NCBI GenBank assembly: GCA_043826455.1
Contig: JBDRQD010000015.1
Span: 32,001-96,000 of the forward strand
From: Candidatus Bathyarchaeota archaeon
GTDB taxonomy: Archaea > Thermoproteota > Bathyarchaeia > TCS64
DNA: 64,000 nt
Direction: 5' to 3'
The notes under the pieces were generated by a model. It was not told where the DNA came from and did not search any database. It saw only the letters and a list, made by a program, of their open reading frames with translations. The translations under genes were made by a program, and so were the position numbers. How positions within the stretch are numbered: the first letter of the stretch is position 1; each line of letters opens with the position of its first letter. This document shows, piece after piece, positions 47,942 to 57,155 of the stretch.

Positions 47942-47992
47942 GGGGCCAGTAGTGCTTAAAGCCTCACGGGCGCCCATTCACGTGGATACGCA

Positions 47993-49276
47993 TTGAGATA
48001 CGAGCTTGGCGAGGATTACGCGCTCAGGCTGGACGCCGAGGACCCGCTGGCCGGGTACAAGGACAGGTTCTACGGGCTTGAGGGCTGCATATACATGGAC
48101 GGCAACAGCCTGGGCCTAATGAGCGTGGACGCTGAGAGGACGCTTCTCAGGGTCCTGGACGAGTGGAGGACCCTGGGCATCAAGGGGTGGAGCGGGGCAG
48201 AGATACCTTGGATAGGATACGCTGAGCGCCTCGGGGAGCTCCAGGCGCCCCTGGTGGGCGCGGAGCCCGACGAGGTGGTGGTCACCGGCGGAACCACTGT
48301 CAACCTCCACGCCCTGGTCTCCACCTTCTACAAGCCGGAAGGCAGGAGACGTAAGATCCTGGCGGATGAGCTGAACTTCCCCAGCGACCTGTACGCCCTG
48401 AGCGCCCAGGTAAGGCTCCGGGGCGGTGACCCCGACGAGGACCTGGTGCTGGTGAGGAGCAGGGACGGGCTGCTGGTGGAGGAGGAGGACATAATAGACG
48501 CCATGACCGATGAGGTCCAGTTGGCGCTTCTTCCTAGCGTCTACTACCGGAGCGGGCAGCTTCTGGACATGGGGCGGCTCACCCAGGAGGCGCATGAGCG
48601 TGGCATCGTCATCGGTTTCGACTGCAGCCACAGCGTGGGCGTGGTCCCTCACAGGTTCAGTGAGTGGGGTGCGGACTTCGCCTTCTGGTGCAACTATAAG
48701 TACGTGAACGGGGGCCCGGGCAGCACGGGGAGCCTGTACGTGAACCGGCGGCACTTCGGTAAGATGCCGGGGATGGCGGGCTGGTTCGGCAATGATCGCT
48801 CGACCATGTTCGAGATGAGGAACGAGTTCGACCCGGCGGGGACGGCCTCCGCGTGGCAGATAGGGACCACGACTATGTTGAGCACGGCTCCCATCGAGGG
48901 CAGCCTGCGCATGATGCGTGAGGCGGGAATCGGCAACATCCGTGAGAAGAGCCTGAAGATAACCGGTTACCTGATGTACCTCATCGACGAGATGCTGAGC
49001 GGCGAACCCTACAACTACGGGGTGGCCACACCCCGAGAGGCAGATAGGAGGGGCGGCCACGTGGGCGTGACCCACGCTGATGCTTGGAGGATCAACCAGG
49101 CCCTCATCGCCCGAGGCGTTATCCCGGACTTCAGGCCGCCCAACATCATAAGGCTGGCGCCAATACCGTTGTACGTGAGCTACAGTGACGTGTGGAGGGT
49201 GGCGGAGCACCTGAAGGCAGTCATCGACGGCGGTGAGCACCTCAGGTTTGGTGACAACAGAAGTACAGTCACCTGA
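47993..49276 (+). CDS. kynU: Kynureninase
   Basis: YMDGNSLG, FPSD.Y, FDCSH, WCNYKY.NGGPG, GWFG, DFR.P...R.AP..LY. Confidence 0.92.
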   Translation: MRYELGEDYALRLDAEDPLAGYKDRFYGLEGCIYMDGNSLGLMSVDAERTLLRVLDEWRTLGIKGWSGAEIPWIGYAERLGELQAPLVGAEPDEVVVTGGTTVNLHALVSTFYKPEGRRRKILADELNFPSDLYALSAQVRLRGGDPDEDLVLVRSRDGLLVEEEDIIDAMTDEVQLALLPSVYYRSGQLLDMGRLTQEAHERGIVIGFDCSHSVGVVPHRFSEWGADFAFWCNYKYVNGGPGSTGSLYVNRRHFGKMPGMAGWFGNDRSTMFEMRNEFDPAGTASAWQIGTTTMLSTAPIEGSLRMMREAGIGNIREKSLKITGYLMYLIDEMLSGEPYNYGVATPREADRRGGHVGVTHADAWRINQALIARGVIPDFRPPNIIRLAPIPLYVSYSDVWRVAEHLKAVIDGGEHLRFGDNRSTVT

Positions 49277-49335
49277 CCCCACTCTATGAAGTCTTTACTC
49301 TTACTCTCATAGCCGTTGGTTTCTATTGTAGTGGG

Positions 49336-49770
49336 TTAGCTGATGGTGCCGTAATCAGCGATGCTGTGGAGGGTGCCCCCTCCAACCTTAGCGATAAGCT
49401 TCTCGTCTGCTGTGTAGGTGGGGGCTCCGAGTTCCTCGCCGGCGCTGAGGTAAGCGGCATCATAGACACTGATGCCGTGCCTAAGGGCGTTCTCGGCGGT
49501 TCTCTCAGCTATCTCGGCCATGGGGATTAGGCGGAACGGGTAGTCGCGTAGGTTTGCGGCGGCCCTCCTCAGGGTCGCTTCTGTCTGGATGGGGTCGTAC
49601 CTTAGGGCATTAAGGGCCTCGTAGAGTAGTAGCTCTATAGTGTGGAGGGAGACCCTGCCCGCGGCCCAGTCTTCCCTGAGGGCGAGGGCCCTGTCAGTGT
49701 GAGCCTCGTCCTTGAACCACTTAACGACGACGGAGGCGTCGATGACAGCTACCTTCGGGCTTCGCGCCAT
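49336..49770 (-). CDS. vapC: PIN-domain (VapC) toxin
   Basis: VIDASVVVKWF, YEALN, YDAAY, TAD. Confidence 0.88.
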   Translation of the reverse strand: MARSPKVAVIDASVVVKWFKDEAHTDRALALREDWAAGRVSLHTIELLLYEALNALRYDPIQTEATLRRAAANLRDYPFRLIPMAEIAERTAENALRHGISVYDAAYLSAGEELGAPTYTADEKLIAKVGGGTLHSIADYGTIS

Positions 49771-50003
49771 CTCCGTATCTCCTCGGTGCTGCTCCAGTCG
49801 GGCGAGGAGGGTGTCCTGAGGGCGTCGGTCTCCTTGGCGGCTTTCTCCACACTCTCTCTGTCGACCTGGAGGCGCCGGGCCTCCTCTTCCTCGATCTTGT
49901 TGATGATGGCTTGGCGTATGACCTCGCTCCAGTTGATGTCTGGGAGACACCTCATCCTGCGGCGGGTCTCGTCGTCGACCTTGGCGGAGACTACCTCTAC
50001 CAT
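49749..50003 (-). CDS. RHH antitoxin (VapB-like)
   Basis: VVSAKVDDETRRRM...INWSEVIRQAI...STEEIRRWRE; overlaps toxin start. Confidence 0.85.
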   Translation of the reverse strand: MVEVVSAKVDDETRRRMRCLPDINWSEVIRQAIINKIEEEEARRLQVDRESVEKAAKETDALRTPSSPDWSSTEEIRRWREARR

Positions 50004-50142
50004 AGGTGATGAATCCGAAGCCGGTAATATAAGTAATACGTTGGGTCGCTGTAGGAGCGGCCTCTATTATGGCGGTATCTTTACGAAGGTCCCTGTGGCT
50101 CTGAAATCTTATAAAAGGTCAAGTGTAGTATGTCTGATTATT

Positions 50143-51315
50143 TTGGGGAAGAGGCGTCTTTTCAGTTTCGGCCTCCTGGCCATGGTGGCGACCCATGCGC
50201 TGATCCATGCGGCAGGAAACATGAAGAACACCATGATCGTGGAGCTGCGAGACGAGTTCGTGCTGAGCAACCTGGAGATAGGTGTCATAGGGGCGGTGCC
50301 GCCGCTGGCCCAGGTCCTGTTCTCGCTACCGGTGGGTTGGATGAGTGACAGGTACGGGGCCAGACGACTGGTTGCTCTGAGCATAGTTATGGCTGCGCTG
50401 GGGGCGCTGATAGCCGGGTTCACGGTGAACCCGGCCATGTACATCGTGGCGTTGACGCTGATGACGCTGACCAGCACCTTCTACCATCCGCCCAGCCACA
50501 GCTACACGGCTAGGCTGGTGGAGGGTGAGGACAGGAGTAAGGCCATGGGGTTCCTGAACGCTGGGGGCACCTTCGGGGTGGCCCTGGGGCCGCTGAGCAT
50601 CACGGTTTTGATGGGGTACTTGGCGTTCCAGTGGAGGCAGGTGTACCTGTTCTGGGTGGCCCCCATCGCCCTGAGCCTGGTGCTGGTGTTCTTCCTCAGG
50701 GACATGCAGGGCGCCGGAAGAGATGAGGCGAACGGTGAACCCGTGGAGGGGGAGGTGACGACCCTGCTCAACAGGGACTTCATAATGTACCTGTCCGCGT
50801 CCGGTGTCCGCCAGTTCGCCCTGGGCATGATCGGCACCTTCCTCAGCATCTACCTGGCCGACGCCCGGGGGTGGAGCATCACGGAGCTAGGCATCATGTT
50901 CGGGGCCAGCAGCTTCCTCGGCCTCGCAGCGTCCCCCATCGGCGGCTACATGGCGAGCCGGTTGGGTGATAAGAGGTGGGTGGTTATCGCCCTGGGCATC
51001 AGCTACCTGTTCTACATCGGGGCGTTCCTCACCGAGGGCGTGCTGCCCTTCATGGCCCTCTACCTGGCCTACAGGTTCTTCGGGATACTGGGGATGCCGG
51101 CCACGGCGTCGTTGACGGCTAAGCTGAGTCCTCCGAGGCAGATGGGGATGGGTTTCGCCGTCAGCTTCCTGCCCCAGAGCATAGTGGGGGTGGTGGCGCC
51201 CATCGTGGCGGCGTACATCGCGGACATCTTCGGGCTGTTTCCCATCTTCACGGCGAGCTTCATCATCATGTTCCTCGGCTTGGGGGTGCTTCACTTCGGG
51301 GTAAAAGTGGATTAG
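50143..51315 (+). CDS. MFS transporter (TTG start inferred; the track's 49642 start runs antisense through the TA genes)
   Basis: GWMSDRYGAR motif A, FYHP, multi-helix pattern. Confidence 0.88.
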   Translation: MGKRRLFSFGLLAMVATHALIHAAGNMKNTMIVELRDEFVLSNLEIGVIGAVPPLAQVLFSLPVGWMSDRYGARRLVALSIVMAALGALIAGFTVNPAMYIVALTLMTLTSTFYHPPSHSYTARLVEGEDRSKAMGFLNAGGTFGVALGPLSITVLMGYLAFQWRQVYLFWVAPIALSLVLVFFLRDMQGAGRDEANGEPVEGEVTTLLNRDFIMYLSASGVRQFALGMIGTFLSIYLADARGWSITELGIMFGASSFLGLAASPIGGYMASRLGDKRWVVIALGISYLFYIGAFLTEGVLPFMALYLAYRFFGILGMPATASLTAKLSPPRQMGMGFAVSFLPQSIVGVVAPIVAAYIADIFGLFPIFTASFIIMFLGLGVLHFGVKVD

Positions 51316-51350
51316 CTCCCTAAACCCAAGTTGATCCAGCGAAGTACGTC

Positions 51351-52631
51351 CTAGCCCACGGATTTCGGCTCAGACTTGTTTTTCCCCTCTTTGGTCTTGA
51401 GCAGTATTATAAGGAAGGGGGGAATCATGAAGACAATCTGCAGCGTCCAGGGCAACGTGTGGCTCACGTTGTCGTATAGCCAGCCCCCCAGCAGCTGGCC
51501 CAGGCTGAGGGCCATCATGGTGAAGAAGCCGCTGCTGCCGTTCACCCTACCCCTGTGCTCCGTGGGCACCAGGTCCGCGGTCCAGGCCGCCCCGGCGCTG
51601 CTGATGAGCACCTGGAGGACCCCCACCAGGGTCATGGCCAGGATGAGCCTCCAGAAGTTACCGTACAGGAACAGGGGCACCGCAGCGGCCCAGAGGATAT
51701 AGCTGGCCAGCAGGGGCCTCTTCTTGCCGATGGTGTCTATGAGCTTGCCGGTGGGCAGCGCGAATATTATCATGGTGACGAACATGGAGGCCATGATGAG
51801 GCTCAGCTCAAACTCGGTGATGCCCAGGTCGTCCACCATGAAGAGGGTGAACACGGGCATGAACATGCCCACGGTGAACATGGTGAGGACCTGGCTCACG
51901 AAGAGGGTGAACGCCTCCCCTGGCACGAGACGCCATATGCCCACGCTCTCCCTGAAGCTCACAGGGTAGCTGGCAGCCATCTCGGCCAAGTTGATCCTCT
52001 CCGGCGACTCCAAGGTCTCCTTAAGCCCGGTCCTTAGGGCCGCGGCTGCGAAGAAGCCCACCGCAGCCAGGCCGTAGCTCAGCCTCATGGTGGGCATCAA
52101 CCCGATCCGCAGGTAAAGGAACCCGGCGATGAGGGGCGAAGGCGTGGTGCTGACGCTGCCTATGAGGCGGACGATGCCGAACCCCATGCCCCTCCTCTCA
52201 GGGGGCAGGCTGTCAGCTATAAGCGCCTCCAGGGCGGGTCCGTAGATGCCCGTGAACCCCATGACGACTGCCCCTAGGATGATCCACTCCCAGGTAGGCG
52301 CGAAGATGTACACGATGCGGCTGAGCCCGGCCAGCCCCGTCATGGTCATGATGATCCACTTCCTGCCATACCTGTCCGCTATGTAGCCCCCCGGTATCTG
52401 CACCAGGCCCCTGGCTAGCATCTCAGCGGCCCCTATGATGCCCAGGCTGCCGGCTGTGCCCCCCAGAGCCTTGACGTACAGAGGGAAGTAGGTGCCGGGG
52501 AGCTCCGCGAAGAAGTCCACGATGAGCCAGCTCACCATCAGCAGGAGGAAGTTGCCCTGGATGAAGCCGAACTCGTGGCGGAGGCGTTGCAGCGGCCCCA
52601 CTCCACGGTTAATGGTACCATTATCGGTCAT
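51351..52631 (-). CDS. MFS transporter (start uncertain)
   Basis: GYIADRYGRK, GKLIDTIGKK; multi-helix pattern. Confidence 0.88.
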   Translation of the reverse strand: MTDNGTINRGVGPLQRLRHEFGFIQGNFLLLMVSWLIVDFFAELPGTYFPLYVKALGGTAGSLGIIGAAEMLARGLVQIPGGYIADRYGRKWIIMTMTGLAGLSRIVYIFAPTWEWIILGAVVMGFTGIYGPALEALIADSLPPERRGMGFGIVRLIGSVSTTPSPLIAGFLYLRIGLMPTMRLSYGLAAVGFFAAAALRTGLKETLESPERINLAEMAASYPVSFRESVGIWRLVPGEAFTLFVSQVLTMFTVGMFMPVFTLFMVDDLGITEFELSLIMASMFVTMIIFALPTGKLIDTIGKKRPLLASYILWAAAVPLFLYGNFWRLILAMTLVGVLQVLISSAGAAWTADLVPTEHRGRVNGSSGFFTMMALSLGQLLGGWLYDNVSHTLPWTLQIVFMIPPFLIILLKTKEGKNKSEPKSVG

Positions 52632-52870
52632 GGGTCCCCCTCGCCGCCCCCACAATAAAATTGTATCATTATTGTATCCGGACCCCCACATCCCAGGAAA
52701 ATGGTACCATTTCCCATCTTGGCCCCATCTCTCTGACTTGATAAACCCTGCATTAGTGTAATGGTACCATTATCACGTGGGATGAGTCCTCCCCCACATA
52801 ATGGTACCATTATTCCACCTGCTTCACCTGAATCGTCTCGTCCCCGAAGAATGGTACCATTATCCGTCAT
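52610..52870. repeat. Array of six interspaced palindromes, core AATGGTACCATT
   Basis: Cores start at 52611, 52659 (degenerate AATTGTATCATT), 52700, 52760, 52800 and 52850; spacers are unique. Confidence 0.9.
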
Positions 52871-52950
52871 CGGCGACCCGCCCCCATGCCTCTATGACCA
52901 CGATAGTTTTTCCTCGTTTCTTAACCTTTAGGCTGAGCCCGGCCCTGAAC

Positions 52951-53061
52951 TCAGTCATCGCCTGAGGCTTCACCCCTGAGCCTCCGCACCATGTAGAGGG
53001 CCACGGCGCCGTTCACCAAGAAAACGAGCAGGGGGAGAAAAACGTACTCCTGTGGGTTCAC
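52951..53061 (-). CDS. Possible 36-aa single-TM membrane peptide
   Basis: Own translation (GTG)NPQEYVFLPLLVFLVNGAVALYMVRRLRGEASGDD; TM followed by basic residues. Confidence 0.45.
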   Translation of the reverse strand: MNPQEYVFLPLLVFLVNGAVALYMVRRLRGEASGDD

Positions 53062-53358
53062 GGCGCACTCAACTCCATGTGGCTTCCTCTAAGCCCCAAA
53101 GAGGCGGACCCTGTAATATGTCTAGTTTCTGACCGTTTAGTAAAAATCAGTACTGATACATACTTCTCAAGGCCCATCCTCGCCATGATCTAGGAGCCAA
53201 TGTAAATTCAGCGGTTCAGTCATATTACTACTCTAGGTAACACGTTTTCGTAGTATGAATACGTAGTAAATCGTCCTCAGCGGTCGCCCAGTTTTTTAAT
53301 CATCTGTCCAGCTGGGAACAGTTTTTTTAGTACCATACGCGCCTTAACATGATTCAGC

Positions 53359-54522
53359 ATGGACAAGATACTGGAGGACATCAGGATACTGGACTTCACC
53401 CACGTGTGGTTCGGCCCCTACTGCACCATGATGCTGGGGGAGCTGGGCGCAGAGGTGATAATGGTTGAACCCCCCTGGGGCAACATAGGCCGCCTGGGCC
53501 CAGGCGAGCTGTACAAGGGCACCGCCACCACGTTTTGGGCCCTCAACCAGAACAAGAAGGACGTGGCGGTGGACCTCAAGAACCCTGAGGCCATGAAGCT
53601 GGTCAAGGAGCTGGTGAAGAAGAGCGACGTGGTGGTCCAGAACTTCGCGCCGGGCGCCATGGAGCGCCTGGGCCTAGGCTACGACGTGCTCAAGGAGCTC
53701 AACTCGAGGATCATCTACGCTGCCCTCAGCGGCTTCGGCCAGACGGGTCCCTACAGCAGGTACGGCAGCTACGCGGTGGTGGCCGAGGCCATAAGCGGCC
53801 ACACCTACGCCACGGGCAAGGGCATAAGCCCCGACCATCCGCCGGTCACCATGGCAGGCGCCCTGGGTGACCTCGGACCCGCAATGTACGCCGCCTTCGC
53901 CATCGTGGCCGCCCTCAGGCACAGGGACAGGACGGGCGTGGGGCAGATGATCGACGTGGCCCAGATCGACACAATGGTGGCCTTCAACTGCTGCGCATCG
54001 GTGGCCTACGACATGTTCAAGGAGAGCCCCATTGAGAGGCGTAAGAACAGGCCCCAGGACCCCAATAGGATATGGGGGGTCTTCCAGGTGAAGGACGGCT
54101 GGGTGCAGATCGCCGGGGAACGCGGCAAGGCGATTGAGAACCTGAAGCAGGAGCTGGGCGTGGACGAGGTGAGCAAGGATATGGTGATGGAGCGCATCAA
54201 GGACAAGACACGATACGAGGCCTTCCAGTGGCTAGCAAACATGGGGTTCCCAAGCGCCCCAATCTACGAGGCCCACGAGGCCATGTGGGACCCCCACCTC
54301 AAGGCCAGGGACATGTGGGTGGAGGTTGACAGCCCGGTTGCCGGCAAGTATACGGTGCCCAACTTCCCTGTTAAGTTCAGCGAGACCCCCGGAGAGGTTG
54401 ACAGGGCCTCACCAGCCATAGGGATGCACACACGGAAGGTGTTGAAGGAGCTTCTAGGGAAATCCGATGCAGAGCTGGACGCCCTTGAGAAGACCGGCGC
54501 CATAGCCCAGTGGAAGGGCTAA
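53359..54522 (+). CDS. Family III (CaiB/BaiF) CoA transferase
   Basis: IRILDFTHVWFGP, GAEVI.VE, NQNKK, QNFAPG, LGDLGP catalytic-Asp region. Confidence 0.92.
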   Translation: MDKILEDIRILDFTHVWFGPYCTMMLGELGAEVIMVEPPWGNIGRLGPGELYKGTATTFWALNQNKKDVAVDLKNPEAMKLVKELVKKSDVVVQNFAPGAMERLGLGYDVLKELNSRIIYAALSGFGQTGPYSRYGSYAVVAEAISGHTYATGKGISPDHPPVTMAGALGDLGPAMYAAFAIVAALRHRDRTGVGQMIDVAQIDTMVAFNCCASVAYDMFKESPIERRKNRPQDPNRIWGVFQVKDGWVQIAGERGKAIENLKQELGVDEVSKDMVMERIKDKTRYEAFQWLANMGFPSAPIYEAHEAMWDPHLKARDMWVEVDSPVAGKYTVPNFPVKFSETPGEVDRASPAIGMHTRKVLKELLGKSDAELDALEKTGAIAQWKG

Positions 54523-54714
54523 CCCCCCTTTACATTAGAGCTACTCGTTTAAACCACGTTTATGGTGGCCTCAGAACCCAGACGATGGGGTGTGGGGCAC
54601 CGGAAGAGGAACGTTGACTCGGGGACAGCACCGGTGCTTACCTTCAAAGCCTCTTCATGAACACCCCTTTTAATGAAGACACTTATTACACTACATTAAA
54701 TCGGTGCTGACACT

Positions 54715-55899
54715 TTGACCGTAGACTTAGAGCCCTCAGGGTCGCAGACTCTGGAAACGAGTCAGTTAAACCGCGCTGACACGCGTCCCCGCCTCGAGTT
54801 CATCGACTTCACCCGGGGCCTGGTGATGGTGCTCATGGCCTGGGACCACGTCTCCGGGTTCTGGAACAAGACCCACGGAGGTTTAGAGGGCATCATGAAG
54901 GTCAGGTCCCCTGACCTGGACCTGGTCCACTTCTTGTCCCGGTTCGTGACCCACTACTGCGCCCCCGCCTTCATCTTCCTGGCGGGCACCTCCCTGGCCC
55001 TCTCATCGGCCAGGAGGCTCAGCAGGGGCGCCACCCAGCTGGAGATAACCAAGCATATCCTCATCAGGGGCCTGGTCCTGGTGCTCATGGAGCCCCTGGT
55101 GGTGTCACCGGCCTTCGGGCTGCCCTGGCTCACCGTGGGAGTCATCTCATGCATAGGCATCTGCCTTATGCTCTTCAGCGTCGCCAGGAGGCTGCCTCCC
55201 TGGGCGATACTCACCGGCTCATTGATCGTCGTATTCAACCACCAGTGGCTGGACTTGGGCCTCATACCCGACACCGTGGCCTGGGGCCACTACCTCCGGG
55301 TCATCCTCCACGAGCCCGGGTACAGCTGGCCACCTTACTTCGGCTTCTACACGGTCATCCCTTGGGTGGGGGTCATGGGCCTCGGCTACTGCTTCGGGGT
55401 CTACCTGAACGGCCTGGACTCTGATAAGATCATGGCCCTCAAGGCGCCTCTGGCGCTGACGGGCCTAGCCTCCTCTGCCCTCTTCTTTCTGGTCAGGTAC
55501 TTCAACGGGTACGGTAACCTGGTCCTGAGGTGGGGCGATGACGTCAGGGACTGGCTCTACTTGAGCAAGTACCCGCCCAGCGTGGCCTTCCTCCTGTGGA
55601 CCCTGGGCGGCATGTGCCTGTTCATGGCCTTAGGCCTCATAATAGAGGGCAGGGGCAGGCCCAGGGAGGGGCTACCTGGTGTGCTGAATACCTTCGGGCG
55701 GACGCCCCTCTTCTTCTACTTGGTCCACCTGTGGCTCTACAGGTTCAGGCTGCCGGGGGTCCCGGAGCCCCCCTTCTGGCTGGGTATCCCCGAGACGCTT
55801 GTCCTTTGGTTTGCAGGCCTCGCGGTGCTGTACTATCTGTGCAGAAGATTCGAGGCCCTGAAACGGGCTCACCCGGGCTCCCCCCTACAATACATATGA
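54715..55899 (+). CDS. DUF1624/HGSNAT-like membrane acyltransferase-family protein
   Basis: IDFTRGLVMVLMAWDH, THYCAP.F.FLAG, KYPPS, PLFFY..H. Confidence 0.82.
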   Translation: MTVDLEPSGSQTLETSQLNRADTRPRLEFIDFTRGLVMVLMAWDHVSGFWNKTHGGLEGIMKVRSPDLDLVHFLSRFVTHYCAPAFIFLAGTSLALSSARRLSRGATQLEITKHILIRGLVLVLMEPLVVSPAFGLPWLTVGVISCIGICLMLFSVARRLPPWAILTGSLIVVFNHQWLDLGLIPDTVAWGHYLRVILHEPGYSWPPYFGFYTVIPWVGVMGLGYCFGVYLNGLDSDKIMALKAPLALTGLASSALFFLVRYFNGYGNLVLRWGDDVRDWLYLSKYPPSVAFLLWTLGGMCLFMALGLIIEGRGRPREGLPGVLNTFGRTPLFFYLVHLWLYRFRLPGVPEPPFWLGIPETLVLWFAGLAVLYYLCRRFEALKRAHPGSPLQYI

Positions 55900-55900
55900 G

Positions 55901-56518
55901 GTGAACGTGGCGGTGACAATGTTTGGCGGCTTGAACACACGGACCGTGGCCCTCTCCCTGTTGGTGGCTGGGCTGGTGACGGGGGGCAACCTGTGGCTGC
56001 ACATGGGCGACACGCCTCTAGGGTACACAGAGTACAGCAGGTACGGGTTCAGCCTCCTCCACCCATCCAACTGGTACACCTACGAGGGGGGCTTCACGGA
56101 CCCCGGGATGGGGGCCAGCGACGTCCATGGGATGTTCCAGGCCGTCCTCTTCACCGAGGACCATGTGGAGCTCATGCAGGTGGGGTGGCAGACCTCCGTC
56201 GAAGCCCCCGAGGGGGCACCCTCTGTGGAGGAGGTCGTCCAGTCGATCGAGAGCACACCCAACACGACCGTAACCAGCATAGGCCCGTTAAAGACCTTCA
56301 ACAAGGATGGATTCGAGGTCACGTACACAGTCTTCGGGGTTGTACAGAGGGGGCAACCCCTCACAGCCGTAGTCGGGACCATGGCCCAGCCCTGGCCAAG
56401 CCTCCGAAGCTACAGGGTCTACGTGTTGTCCTACGCGGCGGACAGCGCCTCCACCTCAGAGGCCCAGGCCGAGGAGAGGTTCCTGGAGTTGCTGGGCAGC
56501 TTCCGCAGCCCCGCGTGA
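55901..56518 (+). CDS. Membrane-anchored hypothetical protein (PsbP/Mog1-like pattern)
   Basis: N-terminal hydrophobic segment; YSRYGFSLLHPSNW and terminal F..LL.SF pattern. Confidence 0.6.
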   Translation: MNVAVTMFGGLNTRTVALSLLVAGLVTGGNLWLHMGDTPLGYTEYSRYGFSLLHPSNWYTYEGGFTDPGMGASDVHGMFQAVLFTEDHVELMQVGWQTSVEAPEGAPSVEEVVQSIESTPNTTVTSIGPLKTFNKDGFEVTYTVFGVVQRGQPLTAVVGTMAQPWPSLRSYRVYVLSYAADSASTSEAQAEERFLELLGSFRSPA

Positions 56519-56519
56519 G

Positions 56520-57095
56520 TCACCGGGAAACAAATCCGCTGTTCTTCACGTAGAACCTGAGGTTCTCTGGCAGGTCCCTGGTGACCCCTATCCTGTGCGA
56601 TGACGCCGTCTCAGGTTCTGAGTCACTGTGGAGCGCATGGATGGGGCTCTTCTCATCTGTAGCCTTCGACCCGTTGAGGCTCTTGCCGATGGCTAGTGCC
56701 ACTGAGAGCTTCCCTGGGCCGCTGGTCAGCTTCGCCATCTTATCCACCGGGCGGTTCACCAGCATCCTCTCGATGCCCGTGGTGGGCTCTATGGCCCTTA
56801 TGAGGACGCCTCCGACTCCCCCCGGCCTGTGGGCGATGAAGTTGAGCATCCAGTACCTGTGGACATTGTAGACGAATAAGCGGCCGGGCTCACCCCACAT
56901 CACCTTGTTGTAGCTCTTCCGCCCCTTGAACGCCCTGCTGGCGGGGTCGCCCTCCCCGTAGTAGGCCTCCGTCTCAACGATGACTCCCTCAAGCCTCTCG
57001 CTGCCCAGCCTCCTAACCAGAGTCTTCCCTAGGAGCGCCCTGGCTACATCAGCTGGGTCCCTCGCGTAGAAGCCTTGTTTGAGAACCAGGGTCAT
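56520..57095 (-). CDS. mpg: 3-methyladenine DNA glycosylase (MPG/AAG family)
   Basis: VARALLG, IVETEAY, GVLIRAIEP, SGPGKL, RIGV. Confidence 0.92.
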   Translation of the reverse strand: MTLVLKQGFYARDPADVARALLGKTLVRRLGSERLEGVIVETEAYYGEGDPASRAFKGRKSYNKVMWGEPGRLFVYNVHRYWMLNFIAHRPGGVGGVLIRAIEPTTGIERMLVNRPVDKMAKLTSGPGKLSVALAIGKSLNGSKATDEKSPIHALHSDSEPETASSHRIGVTRDLPENLRFYVKNSGFVSR

Positions 57096-57137
57096 CGAGG
57101 AATCTATGCCACACAGAGTATAAAATATGGAGAGAGT

Positions 57138-57155
57138 TTTGAACGCGTGTTCAAA
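57138..57155. promoter_or_regulatory. Palindromic candidate operator TTTGAAC-GCGT-GTTCAAA
   Basis: Perfect 7-bp inverted repeat between the divergent TATA-like elements of mpg and the 57206 gene. Confidence 0.5.

Noticed and set aside
46364..49282. 537-aa and 388-aa - strand ORFs
   Set aside because: Antisense shadows of moaB/moeA and kynU.
49642..50142. Long N-terminal extension of the MFS gene
   Set aside because: Runs antisense through the vapBC genes; the hydrophobic MFS core begins at about 50143.
52610..52870. CRISPR or TIGR-like guide array
   Set aside because: The repeat is only 12-14 bp, spacers vary from 28 to 48 bp, and there are no cas or Nop-domain genes in the window.
52628..52870. 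80-aa ORF as a real NGT-sequon repeat protein
   Set aside because: The motif appears in different reading frames within the ORF and is a DNA palindrome; no signal peptide. Not listed as a CDS.
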